DNA of 64,000 nucleotides from Candidatus Kerfeldbacteria bacterium (GTDB lineage Bacteria > Patescibacteriota > Patescibacteriia > UBA10025 > JAHIVO01), in NCBI GenBank assembly GCA_016214565.1, contig JACROE010000002.1, positions 119,654 through 183,653 on the forward strand, read 5' to 3'. Below the pieces are notes generated by a model. That model saw only the letters and a list, made by a program, of their open reading frames with translations. It was not told the origin of the DNA and did not search any database. Shown piece after piece: positions 8,192 to 16,260 of the stretch (the stretch's first letter is position 1; each line of letters begins with the position of its first letter). Made by a program: the position numbers and the translations under genes.

Positions 8192-9187
8192 GTGAAACGA
8201 TTTATCATGGCAGTAATCCTGCTTATCATTCCGATTGTGCCGTCACTGAGCACCGCCGGAACCGATGATTCCCTCAAAATCACGTTTGGTCGTGATGAAG
8301 GCCGTGACGCCTTTGAACGCATCATTCGTGAACAGGGATCGTCAATCGCTGCACTTGTCGAGCGCCAACTGGCTGATTCGCTCAGCTGGATCACCGTCAT
8401 CAGCAATTCAGACGGCGTCCGCTATCAGGCGAATCACCGCAAACGCAACACCCTCATGACCGAGGAGCGATCCGTCACCGGCGCGACGCTGCTGGACTAC
8501 TACTGCGCCGACCTGACACGCATTAATGTCGTTCCCCTCAATCATGAAGCCGATACCGGCAATGCAGATCGTTACATCATCTTTATCTTTTCCCGATCCC
8601 ACCCTCGGACCTCTCCGCGTGCCGGCCTGATCGCGCTCAACGGCGCTCGCCTGGAGCCTCCTCGCTTCGATGCGACCTGCCACCCGCCGGCAAAACCGCC
8701 GATGGATCTATCGGACACCTGCTGTCAGGGCACCCAGCTCTGGCTCGGCATCGGCGCATCCTACACGCCACACGAACGCTTAGTTCCCCATGCCCAAGTC
8801 CTCTGGGGCACTGAGGCGGTCCGTATCATCGGTGAAGTTGGTTATTCATTCTATAAGAATGAACGCGTCTTCGCAGATGAGGAATTGGATGTCACCTACC
8901 GGTATGTCTTCGTCGGAATTGCCTGGCGCGCCATCCGCTACAGCCAATTCGACCTGCTCGCTGCCTGGCAGCGCAGCGAAGTCTATTCGACGCATTACGG
9001 ACACTATGCCCGTAAGCTCGAGGGACCCGCAGTCGGCATACGACTGCTGCTCAATGAGCATCTGACGCTGACCGGTCTCTGGACCCCCAGCGAAGAGCAG
9101 CTCCGCGGACGCGACCAAGTCAAGTGGGACAACAACCGATTTTACGTCGGCCTTAACTTCTTCACCGTCATCGCTGGAGGTAAGTGA
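8192..9187 (+). CDS. Secreted protein: OmpA-C-like domain plus putative outer-membrane-type beta-barrel
   Basis: GGAGG SD, GTG start, Sec signal peptide; ITVISNSD...N..MTEERS..G..LL....TRI...R pattern; C-terminal alternating amphipathic strands ending RFYVGLNF. Confidence 0.7.
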   Translation: MKRFIMAVILLIIPIVPSLSTAGTDDSLKITFGRDEGRDAFERIIREQGSSIAALVERQLADSLSWITVISNSDGVRYQANHRKRNTLMTEERSVTGATLLDYYCADLTRINVVPLNHEADTGNADRYIIFIFSRSHPRTSPRAGLIALNGARLEPPRFDATCHPPAKPPMDLSDTCCQGTQLWLGIGASYTPHERLVPHAQVLWGTEAVRIIGEVGYSFYKNERVFADEELDVTYRYVFVGIAWRAIRYSQFDLLAAWQRSEVYSTHYGHYARKLEGPAVGIRLLLNEHLTLTGLWTPSEEQLRGRDQVKWDNNRFYVGLNFFTVIAGGK

Positions 9188-9720
9188 TGCATAGAATCAT
9201 GTTTCTTGCCATCATCGGCCTGCTAGCGATACTGGCCAGTTGCGCCGAGAAACTCCCGGCGCCCACGTCGCCTGTCGTAGCCGATACTATCACGGTACAT
9301 GATACGATTCATGACACAACCGCGATACACGATACGACGGAAGTACACGACACCACCACGGTACATGACACTATTTATGACACCACGGTGATTATCGACA
9401 CGATACTGGTTGACTCCTGTACCCTGAAGCCCTCCTGCGGCACACTCGACTGCAAAACCAAGCAGATCAAGTGGTTTATTCCGCTCCAGCCGGGGCAGTA
9501 CACCTTTGACTTTTTCGGCACCACCGAGAAAGACAAGCCCGAGCAGCAGCTCACCGTGCAGATCGGCGCACTGACCTACGATTGGCCGATTGGCACGCAG
9601 AAAGAGCTCTCGCTCGATTACACGACGTCCTCAAGTGGTATCTGGGTGGTGATTACCTCTGATCCGCCGCCCGCTCGCGGGCACGAAATCCAGATCTGTC
9701 TCCAGATCCGGAAAGAATGA
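9187..9720 (+). CDS. Lipoprotein with HDT repeat stalk and C-terminal beta domain
   Basis: Lipobox LASC, repeated (V/I)HDTT units, TGATG stop-start overlap, GGAGG SD. Confidence 0.8.
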   Translation: MHRIMFLAIIGLLAILASCAEKLPAPTSPVVADTITVHDTIHDTTAIHDTTEVHDTTTVHDTIYDTTVIIDTILVDSCTLKPSCGTLDCKTKQIKWFIPLQPGQYTFDFFGTTEKDKPEQQLTVQIGALTYDWPIGTQKELSLDYTTSSSGIWVVITSDPPPARGHEIQICLQIRKE

Positions 9721-9757
9721 CCAACATCGCTATTTGACTTCAACAAACCTATAACCT

Positions 9758-9821
9758 ACAGGGAAAGCGCCGCCGCTTTCCCTGTTTTTTTATTGACAAA
9801 AAACCGCCGCTCCCATACAAT
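9758..9821 (+). promoter_or_regulatory. Terminator-promoter junction
   Basis: ACAGGGAAAGCG/CGCTTTCCCTGT stem plus T tract directly followed by A-TTGACA-N17-TACAAT. Confidence 0.8.
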
Positions 9822-9885
9822 GACGCGAAACGAAAACTGCTTTTTGAATTTCGAACTATACACCATATATTGTGGAGGAGGTATC

Positions 9886-10290
9886 ATGACCACGCATACC
9901 AAACTGGGATTGACGGCTCAAGATAAGCCATCAATCTCACTGCAAGACCTGACCAGCGACCAGCGAATCATCGCGGTCACCGGCTGCGACAGTGAAGCGT
10001 GCCTGGTGCACTGCATCGATCGTGCCGACACGCCCGATCAGTACCACTACCGCCAGATTCCCTGCGGCCAGCTCCCGCTGGCACTGGCCGGCGACAAAGC
10101 GAACTGGGCAGGACATATCGGCTGGGATGCTATCCCAAGTCATATGTTCATTATCTCAGCGTCTGATGTGGGTGACATGTTCAATCAGGCGACCAATACC
10201 ATCGTCCTCGGTAAACCGCTGATCGTATTTCCGATGGCCGGCGACCCGGTGACCTTTCCCACGGTCTGCAAACTGGTTCTCCTGTCCTAA
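9886..10290 (+). CDS. Hypothetical protein (cassette)
   Basis: GGAGGAGG SD before ATG 9886. Confidence 0.8.
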   Translation: MTTHTKLGLTAQDKPSISLQDLTSDQRIIAVTGCDSEACLVHCIDRADTPDQYHYRQIPCGQLPLALAGDKANWAGHIGWDAIPSHMFIISASDVGDMFNQATNTIVLGKPLIVFPMAGDPVTFPTVCKLVLLS

Positions 10291-10321
10291 TCGCCTCACT
10301 TCGCGTGATGCACATCAGCTT

Positions 10322-10388
10322 CCCCCGGTGTTCTCATCAGAACATCGGGGTGATTTTTATTGACGCGCGTCAATAATACGCGTATCCT
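10322..10388 (+). promoter_or_regulatory. Terminator-promoter junction with palindromic -35
   Basis: CCCCGGTGTTCT/AGAACATCGGGG stem, T tract, TTGACG-N17-TATCCT; 10358-10375 is a perfect 18-bp palindrome. Confidence 0.7.
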
Positions 10389-10394
10389 TTTGAT

Positions 10395-10585
10395 ACTTGT
10401 TCTTTCCCACCCGTGCCTACGCCGCACACCCCATCGGACCCCCAGGCGGTTGTCCAGGCGCACCAGCACGCTCACGTGCCGGATACTTGTACTCGAGACC
10501 TCGGGTACAACACTATTGGCGGGGATTCGTTAGGATTTCCTATTGCGACCTGTCTTTTCTTCGGAGAAGGCAGGTCAATTTTTAT
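10395..10585 (+). ncRNA. Candidate structured RNA (non-coding cassette)
   Basis: Promoter upstream, several hairpins, no SD, strong terminator GACCTGTCTTTTCT-TCGG-AGAAGGCAGGTC plus T tract. Confidence 0.3.
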
Positions 10586-10589
10586 CTAT

Positions 10590-10748
10590 GAGATCCTGAA
10601 CCAAGTTCAGGATGAGGGGTGTTGTTATTGTCCTCATGCTGAATTTATTTCAGCATCTCCTGTCATCGCGAGCCTCGAGTAACTACGAGAGGCGTGGCGA
10701 TCCGCCGGATTGCCGCGTCACTCACTCCGTTCGCTCCTCGCAATGACA
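10590..10748. repeat. Cluster of REP/RPE-like palindromic elements
   Basis: GAGATCCTGAA-N5-TTCAGGATGA, TCATGCTGAA-N5-TTCAGCATCTC and a TGTCATCGCGAG...CTCGCAATGACA element. Confidence 0.85.
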
Positions 10749-10750
10749 GA

Positions 10751-11230
10751 CTAGAGTCCCAAGACTTTACTCAGTATCGGATACGAAAAATACGCCAACA
10801 CCTTGAACTCGGGGTCAGCTAATTCAATCATCTCCATGTCCGACTTCTCAATCAGTTTGAATCCCGACTGGCCTAAATACTTCTCCTTAAACGCTGGGTA
10901 ATCACGTATAGTAAAATCTGCATCCCCACGCTCTTTTCGTGCCGGGTCTGGTTTGCGTACCTTCACTATTCGCAGCGGCCCAGCCACCGTCTCAATCGCC
11001 TGCTCCAATAGATATACATGACCCATCTTGGTTCCTTTAACCACTCTGCCCATCCCCGCAGCTACTTTGTCCATTTCCTGATATTCCACCTCCGACTGCG
11101 CAAAAATACACGCGTAATTCACTGGCACGCCATTCTCTGCCGTGTGCTTATCTTTTAGCGCTACGGCATCCTTAACAATAGAAAAAATTGTGCTAATGAA
11201 AGACACGCTACTCTGTTTTATCATTATCAC
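10751..11230 (-). CDS. Hypothetical protein, possibly YecM/VOC-like (start uncertain)
   Basis: 159-aa ORF; VNYACIF....EY and LRIVKVRKP pattern. Confidence 0.65.
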   Translation of the reverse strand: MIMIKQSSVSFISTIFSIVKDAVALKDKHTAENGVPVNYACIFAQSEVEYQEMDKVAAGMGRVVKGTKMGHVYLLEQAIETVAGPLRIVKVRKPDPARKERGDADFTIRDYPAFKEKYLGQSGFKLIEKSDMEMIELADPEFKVLAYFSYPILSKVLGL

Positions 11231-11903
11231 TCTTAAGGTTACTTATAAATCTCCTGGTATTTGACTCTAAATCGTTGTCATTATTTCTAAATGTCATTTG
11301 ATGCACACCACAATTTGAACAGGCTCCAGTCAATGGCGAGATATACCCCTTCCCACAACTGGTACAAAATTCATAGTCACCCATAAGCACCCCAGCATTC
11401 GACATACGGTTATTTGCACTAAACGTTGTCCCGAGTCCGCTGACCGTAGGACTTATTGTAGCGGCACTATACATGCTATGCACTAATTCATTCCTCAATT
11501 TCTTAACCTCCTCCAGAGATCTCGCAAGCTCATCTTCCTTCCTTGCCTTTTTCTTACCCTTTTTTGTCAATTCTTTCTCCCGTTCTTCGAGCTTATGGAT
11601 TAAATCATTTACTCGATCAAAGGCTGAATAAACTTCCTGAAAATATTTATCACTTTTTTGTTTAGTTTCACCATATAGTTTGCTGTATTCAGCTTTCGCT
11701 TTTTTAATTTCTTCAGCGGCCAGTAGATATTGTCTCTCGGCTTCCTTCTTTATCTCGCGTAACTCTTTCAATTCATCTACTGCTTCCTTGCGCAACTTAA
11801 AAGTAATAAAGCCAATAAACGCTAGCACCACGGCTAATAAAATACCATAAATTGTAGCCACAGCACTTATCCAGCTAATTAAATTCCCTACTAAATCTTC
11901 CAT
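11208..11903 (-). CDS. Membrane-anchored coiled-coil protein with C-terminal Zn ribbon
   Basis: N-terminal TM, K/E-rich heptads, CTSC...CSNC; AT-rich DNA. Confidence 0.75.
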   Translation of the reverse strand: MEDLVGNLISWISAVATIYGILLAVVLAFIGFITFKLRKEAVDELKELREIKKEAERQYLLAAEEIKKAKAEYSKLYGETKQKSDKYFQEVYSAFDRVNDLIHKLEEREKELTKKGKKKARKEDELARSLEEVKKLRNELVHSMYSAATISPTVSGLGTTFSANNRMSNAGVLMGDYEFCTSCGKGYISPLTGACSNCGVHQMTFRNNDNDLESNTRRFISNLKSDNDKTE

Positions 11904-12018
11904 ATTATTAACATTAGCAATTATCTAATATTTTCAGTATACCAAAAATTCCCCACTCCCGCCTCTTGAAGATAGTTTGAGGCATATTTATTAAACTTAT
12001 AGAGATCGCTGAAAATTA

Positions 12019-12540
12019 CTAAGCTTCTCTCCACTCAATGCTGGGATCGTTAAAACTCCCGTCCCAATTGACTGATACCATAAATTTTTTTTGGTGCCCT
12101 TGCTTTACATTAAAGTGTATTTCTAACTGAGTCACACCTGGGCTCACTTTTGTCGACTCATCATTGGATCTAAAAACGGCATTGCTTAAACGAAGTTGGT
12201 AGCCATTTGCAATCTGGAAAAGATTGCCTATATCTAACCATCGCGCTTGGTGCATTGGAATATCATTCAACCTTTGATCGCCCTGCCGAAATTGATTATC
12301 CATCCACCAAAGCGGAGATATAATTACTGTTCTTAATTTATCGCCCGGATCAATAATCTTTACCAAATCTGCTTCAATATCATTCGCGTTATTACTCCCT
12401 TCATTTTTTACTTCCACTCTAAGAACTTTTAATTCTCCATTGCCTTGAACATCAACTGATTTGTTGATTATTTTGATATCAGGCTTAAAAATATTTTTCT
12501 TAGCTGAATCCCCAAAAATATTTCCTAGTATACTCCACAT
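12019..12540 (-). CDS. Hypothetical beta-rich protein
   Basis: 173-aa ORF in AT-rich DNA; V.N.G...A motif of Ig-like folds. Confidence 0.65.
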   Translation of the reverse strand: MWSILGNIFGDSAKKNIFKPDIKIINKSVDVQGNGELKVLRVEVKNEGSNNANDIEADLVKIIDPGDKLRTVIISPLWWMDNQFRQGDQRLNDIPMHQARWLDIGNLFQIANGYQLRLSNAVFRSNDESTKVSPGVTQLEIHFNVKQGHQKKFMVSVNWDGSFNDPSIEWREA

Positions 12541-12558
12541 ATTTTTCCTATATCAACC

Positions 12559-12594
12559 AAGAAGCGGGTCCTGAATAGAACCCGCTCTTGTTTT
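12559..12594 (-). terminator. Putative dnaK terminator
   Basis: AGCGGGT/ACCCGCT stem just after the dnaK stop. Confidence 0.6.
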
Positions 12595-12596
12595 AA

Positions 12597-14525
12597 TTAC
12601 TTTTTAACATCCTCGTACTCGGCGTCGACTGGTCCTTTGTCATTCTTCGGACCGTCTTTCGGCGCTTCGCCTTGTGGATTGGCTCCTGGCTGCCCCTGGG
12701 CGCCCGGTTGTCCCTGTGGCGGCTTCTTATCAGCGTACATGGCTTGGCCAATCTTTTGTACGGTCTGATTCAGATCTTCCACGGCTTTCTTGATGGCCGC
12801 GTCATCATCTTTGTCCTTCACGTCTTTGACCGCTTTGATCTTTTCTTCCACTTCTTTCTTCACGTCGTCTTTGATCTTATCGCCTGCGTCTTTGATAGCT
12901 TTCTCCGCGGTGTAGATAAGGGTCTCGGCCATATTGCGCGTGTCGATGAGGTCTTTCTTCTTCTTATCCTCTGCCGCGTGGGCCTGGGCATCCTGTTTCA
13001 TTTTCTCCACGTCTTCCTTGGAGAGCCCCGATGACGCAGTGATAGTAATGGATTGCTCCTGGCCGGAGGCCTTGTCTTTTGCTTTCACATTCAGGATACC
13101 ATTGGCATCAATGTCGAATGACACTTCCACCTGCGGGACGCCGCGCGGTGATGGCGGAATGCCGGAGAGGATGAAGCGACCCAGTGTTTTATTGTCCGAG
13201 GCCATGGGGCGTTCGCCCTGGAGCACGTGGACTTCCACGGACGTTTGATTGTCAGCGGCTGTGGAGAATACTTGTGATTTGGTTGTCGGGATGGTGGTAT
13301 TGCGTTCGATCAATGGAGTGGAGACACCGCCGAGGGTTTCAATGCCGAGCGTCAACGGAGTGACGTCGAGTAACAATACATCTTTCACATCGCCCTGGAG
13401 GACACCGGCCTGCACCGCAGCACCAACGGCGACCACTTCGTCAGGATTCACACCGATGTGGGGTTTCTTGCCAAAGAATTGCTCCACAGTCTCGAGTACT
13501 TTCGGCATACGGGTCATACCACCAACCATGATCACCTCTTGGATATCTTTGGTTTCTACTTTCGCATCCGCTAATGCTTTCTTGACTGGTTCAATGGTTT
13601 TCTCGATCAAGTCTGCAACGAGTGACTCAAGTTTTGCGCGAGTCAGTTTGAGATTCATGTGTTTCGGGCCACTGGCGTCAGTGGTGATGAAGGGCAGATT
13701 GATTTCCGTTTCATTGGTCGTGGACAATTCAATCTTCGCCTTTTCCGCAGCTTCCTTGAGGCGCTGGAGTGCCATCTGGTCATTACCCAGGTTGATACCT
13801 TGGTCTTTATTGAATTCATCAACCAACCAGTCGATAATGCGCTTGTCAAAATCGTCACCACCCAGGTGGGTGTCGCCATTGGTTGATTTCACTTCCACGG
13901 TGTCCTCTGAGATGTCCAGGATGGAAATATCAAACGTACCACCGCCCAGATCGTAGACTGCTACTTGCTGGTTCTTTTTCTTATCAAATCCGTAAGCGAG
14001 CGCAGCGGCAGTTGGTTCATTGATGATACGGCGCACTTTCAGTCCAGCGATTTCACCCGCGTCCTTGGTGGCTTGGCGCTGTGAGTCATCGAAATAGGCA
14101 GGCACGGTAATCACCGCTTCTTCGATTTTCTCGCCCAGTTTCGCTTCAGCGTCAGCTTTCATTTTCTGGAGAATCATGGCCGAGGCTTCCTGCGGAGTGT
14201 AGAGCTTGTCCACCATTTTCACTTTGACGCCCTCGCCTGCCTGCTCGATGATGTAGGGCATGGTTTTCACGTCATGCTGCACTTCGTCATCGTTCCAGTG
14301 ACGGCCAATCAGGCGCTTCACCGAGAAGACGGTATTCTGGTGATTGGTGACGGCTTGGCGCTTGGCCACTTGGCCGACCAGGCGTTCGCCAGTCTTGGAA
14401 ATAGCCACCACTGATGGCGTGGTGCGATTGCCTTCTTTATTTTCGAGGACCTTCGGCTCACCGCCTTCGATGATGGCCATGCAGGAGTTGGTGGTGCCGA
14501 GATCGATTCCGAGTATTTTTGACAT
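12597..14525 (-). CDS. dnaK: Chaperone DnaK
   Basis: [23 protein letters not shown] motifs. Confidence 0.99.
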   Translation of the reverse strand: MSKILGIDLGTTNSCMAIIEGGEPKVLENKEGNRTTPSVVAISKTGERLVGQVAKRQAVTNHQNTVFSVKRLIGRHWNDDEVQHDVKTMPYIIEQAGEGVKVKMVDKLYTPQEASAMILQKMKADAEAKLGEKIEEAVITVPAYFDDSQRQATKDAGEIAGLKVRRIINEPTAAALAYGFDKKKNQQVAVYDLGGGTFDISILDISEDTVEVKSTNGDTHLGGDDFDKRIIDWLVDEFNKDQGINLGNDQMALQRLKEAAEKAKIELSTTNETEINLPFITTDASGPKHMNLKLTRAKLESLVADLIEKTIEPVKKALADAKVETKDIQEVIMVGGMTRMPKVLETVEQFFGKKPHIGVNPDEVVAVGAAVQAGVLQGDVKDVLLLDVTPLTLGIETLGGVSTPLIERNTTIPTTKSQVFSTAADNQTSVEVHVLQGERPMASDNKTLGRFILSGIPPSPRGVPQVEVSFDIDANGILNVKAKDKASGQEQSITITASSGLSKEDVEKMKQDAQAHAAEDKKKKDLIDTRNMAETLIYTAEKAIKDAGDKIKDDVKKEVEEKIKAVKDVKDKDDDAAIKKAVEDLNQTVQKIGQAMYADKKPPQGQPGAQGQPGANPQGEAPKDGPKNDKGPVDAEYEDVKK

Positions 14526-14572
14526 AGTTGTTTGGTTAATTGCTTTCTAAAAATTGTTAGTTATTTTTGTTA

Positions 14573-14653
14573 GTCATTGCGAGGAACGAACGTAGTGAGT
14601 GACGAAGCAATCTCTTCAGATCGCCACACCCCGCAGACGGGGCTCGCGATGAC
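14573..14653. repeat. REP/RPE-like palindromic element
   Basis: GTCATTGCGAG...GCAATC-spacer-GATCGC...CTCGCGATGAC. Confidence 0.85.
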
Positions 14654-14662
14654 AGGCTATTT

Positions 14663-15031
14663 TTACTTAATAAAATTATCCATCGGGCCTTCAAGTAATT
14701 GATGTAGTGCCAACACATCCTCGCTCTTCACCGGACGATTTCCCTGGAACCGCAGTACTTCATTCTGCTTCAGATCGGTCAGGGCACTGGCGACTTTCAG
14801 TCCAAATGACCCCAGCGCGATCAAGGACATCGCGCCGCTCTGGCACACTGCGCATTTGATATACATCAGCGTAGCGCCGTCCAGCTCTTGGAGCACCTCG
14901 ATGCGATTGAAATCATACATCGTCTGACAGACGGGGCAGCGTGCGTCGATGCGGATGCGTTCCGATCGCCCATTGCCCGGCGTGCCGGCACCAGAGAAGT
15001 GATTGTTTGAAAAATGATTATTAATTGCCAT
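14663..15031 (-). CDS. Small CxxC...CxxC (zinc-binding) protein in the dnaK operon
   Basis: CPVC and CAVC pairs. Confidence 0.75.
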   Translation of the reverse strand: MAINNHFSNNHFSGAGTPGNGRSERIRIDARCPVCQTMYDFNRIEVLQELDGATLMYIKCAVCQSGAMSLIALGSFGLKVASALTDLKQNEVLRFQGNRPVKSEDVLALHQLLEGPMDNFIK

Positions 15032-15116
15032 GTACTTGTCAAAACGTATTATTTACTCTAGAGTGATGAACATTGAACATTCGTTTGGGTTTTTTGTACA
15101 TTCCAGAGGAGGACCT

Positions 15117-15410
15117 ATGTGCACCATATCCATGGTTACCGATGAATTCTGGCGGACTCAAGTGAAGGGCGTGGAAGTCTTGATCTCCCGTGTGTTTACG
15201 GAGGGGGAGGCGAAAATTATCGCCGAATACCTTGCCGCTGACGGTGAGAAGATGCATTGCGGCAAACCAGTCGCTGAGCGAATCTCGATACCACGTATCG
15301 TATCGTCTGCGCAGCCTGTCTGCGTTTTCATCAATTTCCCCGCGACCAGCGAGCATGGTCGCCAGATCCAGATCCGGAAGAATTCAGCAGAAGCTGAATA
15401 CGTCGTCTGA
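15117..15410 (+). CDS. Hypothetical protein; inverted cassette inside the heat-shock operon
   Basis: TTGTCA(15036)-N17-TAGAGT, GAGGAGG SD, hairpin GAGAGCC/GGCTCTC plus T-rich tract downstream. Confidence 0.65.
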   Translation: MCTISMVTDEFWRTQVKGVEVLISRVFTEGEAKIIAEYLAADGEKMHCGKPVAERISIPRIVSSAQPVCVFINFPATSEHGRQIQIRKNSAEAEYVV

Positions 15411-15592
15411 CTCCAGTCGACCCCGACCGTTGTCCCCGAGAGCCCTAAGGTTTACCCTTTGCGGCTCTCATTTATTTTCCATGAAATGTTCAATGGGTTT
15501 CCCCGGTCCGGATATGAAGTGTGCGCTTCCCTATCCGCACCGCGGTGTACCAGCCCCGCACTCAGCGAAAACTGATACTGCCGCTCAAAATA

Positions 15593-16015
15593 CTATTTGA
15601 CGTTAACTTTGATTGATTTCGGTTTGACTTCTTCTGCTTTCGGGATGACAATTTTCAGCATGCCATTCTCGAAGTCGGCCTTGGCATCGCCGCCTTTGAC
15701 ATGGGTCGGCAGTGCCACCGCGCGATAGAAACTACCGGCGCGCACTTCTTTGCGATAATAATTTTTGTCATCCACTTCGCTCTTGTGCTCCATAGAGCCC
15801 TCAATCTTCAAGACGTCATTTTCAATAGTGATTTCGACGTTCTTGGGATCGACGCCGGCTAACGGTGTTTCCACGATGACATTATCTTTGTCCTGGTAGA
15901 TGTCCACTGCTGGAGTGAACGAGTGAATATTTGATGCGACCATTGGCATGTCGTTGAAAAATTTATCGAATTCAGACATGTCCATGAATGGACGCCATTG
16001 CATTAAACCTCTCAT
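15593..16015 (-). CDS. Hsp20/alpha-crystallin small heat-shock protein
   Basis: PAVDIYQ, G.F.R...LP, A.FENGML.I.IPK motifs. Confidence 0.95.
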   Translation of the reverse strand: MRGLMQWRPFMDMSEFDKFFNDMPMVASNIHSFTPAVDIYQDKDNVIVETPLAGVDPKNVEITIENDVLKIEGSMEHKSEVDDKNYYRKEVRAGSFYRAVALPTHVKGGDAKADFENGMLKIVIPKAEEVKPKSIKVNVK

Positions 16016-16066
16016 AATGTTGTCCTTTCATGCCCGTGTTGGGCTTAATGATTAGTGATTCAATAG

Positions 16067-16260
16067 TTGTCATTGCGAGGAAGAGCAGTATGCGATGACG
16101 AAGCAATCCCTAGGAGATCGCCACGCCTCTCATAGTTACTCGAGGCTCGCGATGACAATAGTATTGTTAATGTTGTCATTCTGAAGGAGCGCACGCGACT
16201 GAAGAATCTCTATGACGTCAGCTATACGGAACCGAGATGCTTCGGCAGGCTCAGCATCGC
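16067..16260. repeat. Two tandem REP/RPE-like palindromic elements
   Basis: TTGTCATTGCGAG...CTCGCGATGACAA and GTCATTCTGAAGGAGC...GAAGAATCTC / GAGATGCTTCGGCAGGCTCAGCAT. Confidence 0.85.

Noticed and set aside
9280-9415. Tandem DNA repeats resembling a CRISPR array or VNTR
   Set aside because: They are degenerate codon repeats encoding the HDT stalk of a lipoprotein; no constant repeat with unique spacers and no cas genes in the window.
3420-10590. Integron / attC cassette array
   Set aside because: No intI. One RYYYAAC (GTCTAAC near 6051) lacks a matching GTTRRRY, the other junctions show no attC boxes, and the units carry their own promoters and face both ways.
12672-14550. Long plus-strand ORFs opposite dnaK (and similar shadows opposite the ATPase, gap and ribosomal genes)
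   Set aside because: Antisense shadows of strongly biased coding sequence, with no start signals or recognisable motifs.
15430-15480. c-di-GMP-I riboswitch (GCCGCAAAG and GGTAAACC on the minus strand)
   Set aside because: Motif order is reversed relative to the aptamer, and the hairpin is explained as the terminator of the 15117..15410 ORF.
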